64,000 nt of DNA, taken from NCBI RefSeq assembly GCF_006345805.1, contig NC_042997.1, forward strand, positions 199,516,001 to 199,580,000, given 5' to 3'. Under the pieces are notes generated by a model, which worked only from the letters and a program-made list of their open reading frames with translations, ran no database searches and had not been told where the DNA came from. Position 1 is the stretch's first letter, and every line of letters begins with the position of its first letter. Position numbers and translations under genes: made by a program. This stretch comes from Octopus sinensis (lineage: Eukaryota). Shown one piece after another: positions 1 to 11,258 of the stretch.

Positions 1-40
1 TAATATAATAATAATAATAATAATGATGATAATAATATAA

Positions 41-106
41 ATCCCAATTCAAATGGATCAGGTGTTTGAGCACAACAAATCAGACCTAGTAGTGGTGAAC
101 AAAAGT
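41..106 (+). mobile_element. Tiny fragment resembling the restriction-like endonuclease region of an R4/Dong-type non-LTR element
   Basis: Translates as IPIQMDQVFEHNKSDLVVVNKS, similar to the DxPIxTDxxIxxNRPDIVVxxK motif of RLE-type LINEs. Only 22 codons. Confidence 0.35.
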
Positions 107-124
107 AAACCACATACACACTAT

Positions 125-495
125 GATGTTGTCAGACAATTTCTGCAACCACATCATCTTTAACACCCCAGACCGCAATCCCCTCGATTATTATGTGTGA
201 GGTGCAATTGAGCCAGAGCCCAACAAAACTCCTTCTAACATCAAAGATGAACTGACGGTAAGGATTATGGCAGCATTGACCAACTTAAACAAGGAGACCA
301 TCCAGAAGATTTGCAGGAGATTCTGATGTCATCTGGAGGCCGTGTTTGAAGCCAATGGCGATTTTGTCGAATGAATTTATTCTTTAGTATTTCAAGATAT
401 TTTTGTATAGTTTTGGTAAATATATCTTATAAAATGAGATGTCAGTGTTATTTCATTTTTGCATAATTTAGACAACAGTTTATTCACCACAACCT

Positions 496-497
<2 letters not shown>
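125..497 (+). mobile_element. Decayed 3' end of a Tc1/mariner-superfamily transposase
   Basis: Frame reads NPLDYYV*GAIEPEPNKTPSNIKDELTVRIMAALTNLNKETIQKICRRF*CHLEAVFEANGDFVE*, matching the SPDLNPLDYxxWG...RLEAVIEAxGGxxE C-terminus. Two TGA stops. Confidence 0.75.
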
Positions 498-537
<40 letters not shown>

Positions 538-538
538 T

Positions 539-2485
539 AGTTTAGATGAGATGCAGTTTGGGTTTGTGCCAGGGAAAAGGGAAAAGTACTACTGATGCTA
601 TATTCCTGGTAAGGCAGCTGCAGGAGAAATACCTAGCCAAAGATAAGCCCCTGTACCTGGCTTTTGTTGACATGGAGAAAGCCTTCGACAGGGTCCCCCG
701 ATCCCTTATCTGGTGGGCAATGAGAAAACTAGGGATAGATGAATGGTTAGTGAGAGCTGTGCGGGCCATGTATAGGGACGCCGCTAGTAGGGTGAGGGTT
801 GGAAATGAGTACAGTGAAGAATTCCGGGTAGAGGTAGGGGTCTACCAAGGCTCAGTACTCAGCCCCCTCCTATTTATCATAGTCCTCCAGGCAATAACGG
901 AGGAATTCAAGACAGGATGCCCTTGGGAGCTCCTCTATGCTGATGACCTTGCTCTAATTGCTGAGTCGCTATCAGAACTGGAGGAGAAGTTTCAGGTGTG
1001 GAAACAAGGATTAGAATCGAAGGGCCTCAGAGTCAATCTAGCTAAAACCAAAGTCGTAATCAGTAGGAAGGTAGACAAATCACAAACACCTTCAGGTAGA
1101 TGGCCCTGCTCGATCTGTAGAAAAGGTGTAGGTAGAAACTCTATATAAGATGCACCAAGTGTAAGCTATGGACACATAAGAGATGCAGCAATGTCAAAGG
1201 AAGGCTAACTAGGAAGATGGTTTTTGTATGTGGCAGATGCTCAGGAACAATAAACACAGAAAATGCTCTGAGACCAACTTCCGTCACTTTCCAGGGAGAA
1301 AAACTAGAAATAGTTGATAGTTTCCGTTACCTAGGTGACCAAGTCAGCAGCGGGGGCGGGTGTGCTGAAAGTGTAACTGCTAGAGTAAGAATAGCTTGGG
1401 CAAAGTTCAGAGAGCTCTTACCTCTGCTGGTGACAAAAGGCCTCTCGCACAGAGTGAAAGGCAGACTGTATGATGCGTGTGTACGAACAGCCATGCTACA
1501 TGGCAGTGAAACATGGTCCGTGACTGCTGAGGATATGCGTAAGCTCGCTAGAAATGAAGCCAGTATGCTCCGATGGATGTGTAATGCCGGTACTCACACT
1601 CGGCAGAGTGTAAGTACCTTGAGAGAAAAGCTGGACCTAAGAAGCATCAGTTGTGGTGTGCAAGAGAGACGTTTGCGCTGGTATGGTCATGTGGCGAGAA
1701 TGGATGAAGATAGTTGTGTGAAAAAGTGCCACACCCTAGCGGTTGAGGGAACCTGTGGAAGAGGCAGACCCAGGAAAACCTGGGACGAGGTGGTGAAGCA
1801 CGACCTTCGAACTTTAGGTCTCACTGAGGAAATGACTAGAGACCGAGACCTCTGGAAGTGTGCTGTGCGCGAGAAGACCGGCAGGACAAGTGAGTTCACA
1901 ACCCGTGGCCTTCTACATGGGATGGAGCCAGCCTACGTATGCATACCTTCCCTTCTTGGGACACAAAACTCCACTTGTGAAGACGTGTTGAGGCAAGTGA
2001 GGATCAGAATCGAAATCGATCAATGGAAATTGCGGATGTGCTACCAGTGCCGGTGGCATGTCGAAACTCTGCTTGTGAAGACCCATTGAGGCAAGTGAGG
2101 ATCAGAATCGAAATCGATCAATGGAAATTGCAGATGTGTTACCAGTGCTGGTGGCATGTAAGAGAACTTTCCGTTTCGCGACGTTGCCAGCACCGCCCCG
2201 TTTTGTGCCATTGCCAGCCTCGCCTGGCCCTCGTGCCGGTGGCACATAAAAAGCACCATCCGTACGTGGCCGTTTGCCAGCTCTGTCTGGCACCAGTGCG
2301 GGGGGCACGTAAAAAGCACCCACTACACTCACGGAGTGGTTGGCGTTAGGAAGGGCATCCAGCCGTAGAAACACTGCCAGATTTGACTGGGCCTGATGAA
2401 GCCTTCTGGCTTCACAGACCCCAGTAGAACCGTCCAACCCATGCTAGCATGGAAAACGGACGCTAAATGATGATGATGATGATGA
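539..2485 (+). mobile_element. 5'-truncated RTE-clade LINE (RT ORF, 3' UTR, (GAT)n tail), one frameshift
   Basis: RT motifs LAFVDMEKAFDRVPR, QGSVLSPLLF, LLYADDLAL, FRYLG, RLRWYGHVARM, RGRPRKTW in ORFs 546-1148 and 1217-2089. An extra TA near 1142-1147 relative to the minus copy breaks the frame. Ends ...gacgctaaa(tga)n. Starts directly after a (TA)n tract. Confidence 0.95.
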
Positions 2486-2571
2486 TATATACATACATAT
2501 ATATATACATACATATATATACATATATACATACATACATACATACATATATATATACATATATACATACA

Positions 2572-2617
<46 letters not shown>

Positions 2618-2688
2618 CATATACATACATACATACATATATACATACATATATATACACATACATATATATACATACATACATACAT

Positions 2689-2719
<31 letters not shown>

Positions 2720-2742
2720 CATACATACATACATACATATAT

Positions 2743-2797
<55 letters not shown>

Positions 2798-3596
2798 CAT
2801 ACATACATATACATACATACATATACATACATACATACATATATATATACATACATACATACATATATATATATACATACATACATATATATATATATCA
2901 TACATATATATAAAATACATAATACATACATACATATATATATATATACACATACATACATATATATTATATACACATACATAATATATATATATACACA
3001 CATACATACATATATATATACACATACATATATTATATATATACACATACATATATATATATATACACATACATATATATATATACACATACATATATAT
3101 ATATAACATACATATATATATACATACATATATATATACATACATATATATACATATATATATACATACATATATATATACATACATATATATATACATA
3201 CATATATATATACATACATATATATATACATACATATATATATACATATATATATACATACATATATATATACATATATATATACATACATATATATATA
3301 CATATATATATACATACATATATATATACATACATATATACATACATATATATATACATACATATATATATACATATATATATACATACATATATATATA
3401 CATATATATATACATACATATATATATACATATATATATACATACATATATATATACATACATATATATATACATACATATATAAATATACATACATACA
3501 TACATATATATATACATACATATATAAATATACATACATATATATACATACATATAATATACATACATATATAATACATACATATATACATACATA

Positions 3597-3657
<61 letters not shown>

Positions 3658-3696
3658 CATATTAATACATACATATATATATATAATATATACATC
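2486..3696. repeat. Compound (TA)n/(TACA)n microsatellite, about 1.2 kb
   Basis: Direct inspection; part has a recurring ~16-bp TACATACATATATATA unit. Confidence 0.97.
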
Positions 3697-6600
3697 ATCA
3701 TCATCATCATCATCATCATTTAGCGTCCGTTTTCATGCTAGCATGGGTTGGGTTCAACTGGGGTCTGGGAGCCCGAGGCTGCACCAGCCAGTCAGATCTG
3801 GCAGTGTTTCTACAGCTGGATGCCCTTCCTAACGCCAACCACTCCGAGAGTGTAGTGGGTGATTTTATGTGCCACCGACACAGGTGCCAGACGAGGCTGG
3901 CGAACGGCCACGCTCGGATGGTGTTTATGTGCCACCGACACAGGTGCCAGACGAGGTGGAGACGGCCACGCTCGGATGTGTTTTATGTGCCACCGACACA
4001 GGTGCCAGATGAGGCTGGCAGGTGCCAGACGAGGCTGGCAGACGGCCACGCTCGGATGGTGTTTTTATGTGCCACCGACCCAGGTGCCAGATGAGGCTGG
4101 CGGACGGCCACGATCGGATGGTGTTTGTTACGTCCCCAAAGCACGGAGGCCAGTCTATGCGGTACTGGCTACGGCCACGTTCGGATGATTTTCTGTGTGC
4201 CACCGGCACTGGTACCTCAAAGATACAAATTCCATTTATGTTCATCTATTTTGATTTGTTTTGATTTGATTTGATTTTCACTTGCCTCAACAGGTCTTCA
4301 CAAGTGTCACTGCCTCAACAGGTCTTCACAAGTGTCACAAGAAGGAAGGTAGGCACAGGTGGACTGTCTACGTCGCCGGGTCTTCGGATGGTGTCTTTAT
4401 GTGCCACCGACACAGGTGCCAGATGTGGCTGGCGAACGGCCACGATCGGATGGTTTTCTTGTGTGCCACCGGTACTGGAACCACAAAGATACAAATTCCA
4501 TTGATGTTCATCTATTTTGATTTGGTTTGATTTTCACTTGCCTCAACAGGTCTTCACAAGTGTCACGCGTGTCACACACTTGCCTCAACAGGTCTCCACA
4601 AGTGTCACACACTTGCCTCTGCCTCAACAGGTCTTCACAAAGTGTCACACACTTGCCTCTGCCTCAACAGGTCTTCACAAGTGTCATAAGAGGGAAGGTA
4701 TGCACAGGTGGACTGACTACGTCGCCGGGTCTTTGGATGGTGTTTTTATGTGCCACCGACACAGGTGCCAGGTGAGGCTGGCGAACGGCCACGATCAGAT
4801 GGTGTTTGTTGTGCCCACAGCACGGAGGCCAGTCGATGCGGTACCAGCTACGGCCACTTCGGATGGTTTTCTTGTGTGCCACCGGTACGGAACCACAAAG
4901 ATACAAATTCCATTGATATCATCTATTTTGATTGGTTTGATTTTCACTTGCCTCAACAGGTCTTCACAAGTGTCACACACTTGCCTCAACAGGTCTTCAC
5001 AAGTGTCATAAGAGGGAAGGTATGCACAGGTGGACTGACTACGTCGCCGGGTCTTCGGATGGTGTCTTTATGTGCCACCGGCACAGGTGCCAGATGAGGC
5101 TGGCGAACGGCCACGATCGGATGGGTTTGTTGTGCCCACAGCACGGAGGCCAGTCGATGCGGTACTGGTTACGGCCACGTTTGGGTGGTTTCTTGTGTGC
5201 CACCGGCACTGGTACCACAAAGAATACAATTCCACTGATGTTCATCGATTTTGGTTTGTTTTGATTGATTTGATTTTCACTTGCCTCAACAGGTCTTCAT
5301 AAGTGTCACAAGAAGGAAGGTATGCACAGGACTGACTACGTCCCAGGTCGGGGCCGAGGGTTATGGCCTGACTAGTCTTGCCGGGTCTTCTCATGCACAG
5401 CATACTTCCATAGGTCTCGGTCTCTAGATTTCCTTAGTGAGACCTAAAGTTCGAAGGTCGTGCTTTTCACACCTCGTCCAGGTTTCCTGGGTCTACCTCT
5501 TCCACAGGTTCCCTCCACTGCTAGGGTGTAGCACTTTTGCACACAACTATCTTCAGCCTTTCTTGTCCATGACCATACCAGCGCAGCCGTCTCTCTTGCA
5601 CGCCAAACAACTGACGCTTCTTAGGTTCAGCTTTTCTCTCAAGGAACTTACACTCTGACGATTATGAACACTGACATTACACATCCATCGGAGCATACTG
5701 GCTTCATTTCTTGCGAGCTTACGCATATCCTCAGCAGTCACGGCCCTGTTTCACTACCATGTAGCATGGCTGTACGTACACATGCATCATACAGTCTGCC
5801 TTTTACTCTGAGCGAGAGGCCTTTTGTCACCAGCAGGGGTAAGAGCTCTCTAAACTTTGCCCAGGCTATTCTTACTCTAGCAGTTACACTTTCAGCACAC
5901 CCACCCCCGCTACTGACTTGGTCTCCTAGGTAGCGGAAGCTATCAACTACTTCTAGTTTGTCTCCCTGGAACGTGGCAGAAGTTGGTCTCTGCATATTTC
6001 CAGTGTTTATTGCTCCTGAGCATTTGCCACAGACAAAAACTATTTTCCTAGTAGCCTTCCTTTGACATTGCTGCACCTCTTATGTGTCCATAGCTTACAC
6101 TTGGTGCATCTTATAGAGTTTCTACCTACACCTTTTTACAGATCGAGCAGGGCCATCTACCTGAAGGCGTTTGTGATTGATCTACCTTCCTACTTATTAG
6201 AACTTTGGTTTTGGCTAGGTTGATTCTAAGGCCCTTCGATTCTAATCCTTGTTTCCACACCTGGAACTTTCCTCCAGTTCTGATAGTGACTCAGCAATTA
6301 GAGCAAGGTCATCAGCATAGAGAGAGCTCCCAGGGGCAACCTGTCTTGAATTCCTCCGTTATTGCCTGGAGGACTATGATAAATAGGAGGGGACTGAGGA
6401 CTGAACCTTGGTGGACCCAACCTCTACCGGAATTCTTCACTGTACTCGTTGCCCACCCTCACCTTACTAGCAGCGTCTCGTACATGGCTTGCACAGCTCT
6501 CACCAACCATTCTTCTATCCCTAGTTCCTCATTGACCACCAGATAAGGGACCGGGGGACCCTGTCAAAGGCTTTCTCCAAGTCAACAAAAGCCAGGTACA

Positions 6601-6770
6601 AGGGCTTATCTTTGGCTAGGTATTTCTCGCAGCTGTCTTACAGGAATATAGCATCAGTAGTACTTTTCCCTGGCACGAACCCAAACTGCATATCATCTAA
6701 GGTAACTCTCTCTCTAATTAGTTGGGCTACAACCCTCTCCGTAACCTTCATTACCTGATCCAGCCATACA
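3697..6770 (-). mobile_element. 5'-truncated RTE-clade LINE of the same family, with expanded modular 3' UTR
   Basis: Reverse complement aligns with 539-1900 (ORF 5738-6076 minus: LEVVDSFRYLGDQVSSGGGCAESVTARVRIAWAKFRELLPLL). Several small indels. (CAT)n tail at 3697-3720. Tandem subunits at 3860-5340. Confidence 0.93.
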
Positions 6771-7559
6771 ATATATATACATACATACATATATATACAT
6801 ATATATACATATATATACATACATATACATATATATACATACATACATATAATAGATATACATACAACATATACTACATATAGATATATACATACATATA
6901 TATATATACATACATTATATATATACATATATATACACATACATACATATATACACATACATACATACATATATAATACATACATAATATATATACATAC
7001 ATACAATAATATATAGACATACATATATATATACATACATATATATATATACACACATATATATATACACACACATATTATATATACACATACATATATA
7101 TACATACATACATACATATAACATATATATACATACATACATATACATATACATATATATATACATACATACATTACATATATATATATAACATAAATAC
7201 ATATATATATATACATACATACATATACATATATATATATATACATACATATACAATATATATATATATACATACATACAATATATATACATAGATACAT
7301 ACATATACATATATATATATATACATACATACATATATATATACATACATACAGACATATATATAACATACATACATATATATATATATACATACATACA
7401 CATATAATATACATACATATACATATACAACATATATATATAACATACATACATATATATATATATACCATACATACATATATTATAAACATCATATATA
7501 TATACATACATACATATATATATACATACATACATATATATACATACATACATATATAT

Positions 7560-7603
<44 letters not shown>

Positions 7604-7625
7604 GTACATATATATACATACATAT
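6771..7625. repeat. Compound (TA)n/(TACA)n microsatellite
   Basis: Direct inspection. Confidence 0.97.
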
Positions 7626-7626
7626 A

Positions 7627-7858
7627 GTGGCACATAAAAAGCACCATCCGATTGTGGCCGTTTGCCAGCCTTGTGTGGCACGTAAAATGCACCCACTACA
7701 CTCGCGGAGTGGTTGGCATTAGGAAGGGCATCCAGCCGTAGAAATATTGCTGGATCAGACTGGGCCTGGTGCAGCCTTCTGGCTTCCCAGACCCAGTTGA
7801 ACCGTCCAACCCATGCTAGCATGGAAAGCAGACACTAAACGATGATGATAATGATGAT
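7627..7858 (+). mobile_element. RTE-family 3' tail fragment
   Basis: Same ggagtggttggcattaggaagggcatccagcc...catgctagcatggaaa...(gat)n terminus as 2330-2485. Confidence 0.85.
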
Positions 7859-8483
7859 ACATACATATATATATGTATATATATATATATATATACAAAC
7901 ACACACACCATACATATATATATAGAGAGAGATAGATAGATATGTATTTCACATTAATAAATAATTTTGCTTGACTATTTCTCAAATGAAAAACTATATA
8001 TAATCCAGAATTTGTAATCCTATTGTAATGTTGAGCATTTCAGTGCCAGCCATGTGTAATCTCCTTGCCATCAAGTTAACATTCATTGAAAAAACATTTT
8101 ACAAACCACCATCATCATTAAACGATGATGATGATGATAATATTGTTTTGCTGCAGGTTGACTAGAGGAAGCCTAATACAAAGTTTGGCTAAATGTCACG
8201 AGTTTCTCAATGAATATTCTTTATAATTGTCTACTTATCATTCAGTAATAAAAAAAAAAATAAGCTGCTTATAGGTATGTAGAAATGTTGTTTAGCTTAT
8301 TTAGGAGTTACCCAATTTGCACTACTTTGATGAACACCAGACTAAAATTGAATCTTTGTGTGGTACCTTTTACTCATGATTGAAACTTGGTTACTAGTAG
8401 CTAAGTACCTTTGTTATCAACACAACGGACATGTAAATAAACAGTAAATACTGCAATGTATTAACATTATTCCACTGATATAT

Positions 8484-8775
8484 ATCATCATCATCATCGT
8501 TTAACGTCTGGTTTCCATGCTGGCATGGGCTGCAGGGTTTGACTGAGGACTGGCGAGCCAGATGGTTGCACCAGGCTCCAATCTGATCTGGCAGAGTTTT
8601 TACAGCTGGATGCCCTTCCTAACGCCAACCACTCCAAGAGTGTAGTGGGTGCTTTTACGTGCCACCGGAATGAGGGCCAGTCAGGTGGTACTGGCGACGA
8701 CCATGCTCAAATGGTGTTTTTTAGGTGCCACCTGCACAGGAGCCAGTCCAGTGGCTCTGGCAATGACCTCAAAGA
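8484..8775 (-). mobile_element. RTE-family 3' tail fragment
   Basis: (CAT)n followed by the reverse complement of the shared tail. Confidence 0.85.
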
Positions 8776-8855
8776 CAACAAATTTCCAGCAATTTAATTT
8801 TTAGTAATTAAAAGAAATCAGAAGCACTGTTTTAAGTGAAAAAGTACAAAGCACA

Positions 8856-8889
<34 letters not shown>

Positions 8890-8897
<8 letters not shown>

Positions 8898-9005
8898 AGT
8901 GAAATGAAGAAATGGAGTTGAACGAAGATTGAACAGAATTCCTTTAATAAAAGGAATTCTGTTCAATCTTCGTTCAACTCCATTTCTTCATTTCACTAAT
9001 AATAT
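8890..9005. repeat. Perfect inverted repeat, 56-bp arms, 4-nt loop
   Basis: 8890-8945 is the exact reverse complement of 8950-9005; loop AATA. Confidence 0.95.
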
Positions 9006-9159
9006 TAAAATTCAATTATCCGCACCAACGCACGGTTGCAACACCAAATGGTTTTATCTCCAACCGTGCTTTCTTCTGCTGTGATTTTTGCTACCAAGGT
9101 ATCAGTTAAACTTTTGATTAATCTGCAACAAGATTATTCATCTTTCTATTTCACCAAAC

Positions 9160-9209
<50 letters not shown>

Positions 9210-9641
9210 CATCATTGTTTGACATCCGTCTTCCATGCTAGCATGGGTAGGACTAAATATATGTATTTGTGTGTATGTGTGGTTTTTTTAAGTCCAACCT
9301 TTCTCTCTAACAACAGACTGAAACAATTATTTTTGTCCCAGTAATGTTGATAAAAACCCTTGTTATTGATCTTCCAGTAGTTTCCATCACCACTTGTCCA
9401 AAGATATACATACCTAGCAGTGATGTATACAGGCACCACTTGTTTTTCTTGGCTCTTGTTGTATCACTCAAACAGGTCTTGCAGCCTCAGCAAAACCATC
9501 AATAACAGTTGCTTCTTAGAGCAACAAATGGCTCACTTGGACATTTACCATCGTGGACTTCAAATTACCAGGAATTACTTGATTATATTATTTCTGCAAG
9601 TCAGGCATTTCCCAGCACTGAAATGATGCCTCCTCCTCCTC

Positions 9642-9750
9642 CTAGGTGTTTTTGCTGAATAAACACTCACAATGCCCGGACTAGGAATCGAAATCACGTT
9701 CTTACGACCGCAAGTCTGCTGCCTTAACCACTGGGCCATTGCGCCTCCAC
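9642..9750 (-). mobile_element. tRNA-derived SINE head
   Basis: Minus strand reads gtggaggcgcaatggcccagtggttaagg...gatttcgattcc with A-box and B-box-like motifs. Confidence 0.65.
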
Positions 9751-11117
9751 TGCCATTGTTGTTGTAGAGTGCAGTGGTTAGATTTATTGTATCAGTGCAA
9801 AGTTAGATGCTCTTCTGATTCTCAGAATTCCTGATATTATTGATACACTGGTCTATGAACAACTTGGGATATTGAAACCATCATTAGAAATGCCCACAAT
9901 GTCCTTATCAATCAATCTATAGTGATGAGGTGATCAACTTCTTGTTATGCTGTCACTGTGTAAAGGAAGTACATCCATTTGGGAATCACAAAGCAGTTTT
10001 AAAGTCAAGCTTAGGCTGCAGATGTACAGATATTTCAGTTACTCTGAGGAAGAAATGACAGCCACTGCTCCTAAACAGGTTGAGGGACCTGAGAATTTCA
10101 AAGTTCTGAAAATTGCAAGAAAACTATGCCAATTATCTAACCAGTTATTTCCATACAGTTCTATGGTATTTTTCTCCCAGAACAGCAATGGATGAAAATA
10201 AAAACAATCATCTTGAAACTAGTCTTTCAATTTTTTATATCTCTTTTTTTTTTTGGTAAAATGAGAATTGGCTGTAATGTTTATATATATATATGATATA
10301 AAATTATGAATGATTATGAGTATTTGTAGATACTGTTGAAACGGCTGTAGGAATGAAGGTTTTGAAAAATCATTGATATAGTTTGTTTTCTACTTTTGCT
10401 AATATATATGTTAGTTTATAAAATAATACAGTTAAATTTTTGTAAATCATTTTCAAAGAGCTACATCTTATTTCTTATCTATCTCAAATTATTTATATAA
10501 AATAATATATTTTTAGTTTCTGACACCCAAATATATACCATTCAGATATTTTATAAAAGAAAAATATTTGAAAAAGAAACACAGTTGATGAGGTCAAAAT
10601 AACCTACGAATTTATGAACAGATTTAGTAAACATGGAAAGAACTTTAAATATGAACTATTGTCCTACATAGCAAACAGCATTTAGAAAATTCTTCAACAA
10701 GAACTTAGTTCCTTTGGAAAATATTAGGTTATTCTTTATTGATTCAATACTAAAAAAAAAAAAAGGAAGCATGAATGAAGTGTGACTATCTGCTGTGAAT
10801 GTAATTAATGAATTGCTTTTATATAATGTGAATAAATATTGGCTTTAACAAAAAAAATGTTTCCTTTTTACAACAATGCATTTTTCTATGTTGTAAAAGA
10901 GTTTTTCTGTTAATGTAAATATAGATATTTCAAAAGACTGCATCCAAAAACATAGCATCCGACTTTAGTTATATGATATGATAGAGTAGCTTATTTCATA
11001 TAAAACTAGCCAAGGCAATAGAATTGTTTAAGCAAAAAGCCCCAAATCATTGACATCTGGGTTAGACATGCAACACCTTAAACTTGACTTGAATTGTTTA
11101 TCTTTTTTTATTTACAG

Positions 11118-11258
11118 ATCAATACTTCAGCACTAGATGCTTTCTTAACCTGCATGGAAGCAGGATACACAAAATACAAAAATCCATATCACAATTTACT
11201 CCATGCAGCAGATGTTGCACATACAGTTCATTATATCTTATCAAGCAGTAAACTAACT
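11118..11258 (+). CDS. PDE1: PDE1 catalytic-domain exon (first exon seen): INTSALDAFLTCMEAGYTKYKNPYHNLLHAADVAHTVHYILSSSKLT
   Basis: tttacag acceptor, gtaagt donor, phase 0/0; NPYHNxxHAADV metal-binding motif of class I PDEs. Confidence 0.96.

Noticed and set aside
2394-2420. CTGATGA here and at about 13737 and 49120 as further hammerheads
   Set aside because: No stem II followed by GAAA and no stem I partner; they lie in an RTE tail, the mariner and the CR1 relic.
2329-3660. Long ORFs (up to 443 aa) of Y/I/C/M/V or T/H/Y/I, also at 6638-7822, 19212-19609, 41688-43456 and 52259-52929
   Set aside because: Translations of TA/TACA microsatellites, which lack stops in several frames.
3860-5340. 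Repeat-spacer appearance suggesting a CRISPR array
   Set aside because: The intervening segments are themselves homologous, the array is inside a LINE 3' UTR, the context is eukaryotic and there are no cas genes.
1-11117. Upstream PDE1 exons (calmodulin-binding region, FDVF...YDL..FK segment)
   Set aside because: No convincing splice-bounded match found by eye; probably 5' of the window.
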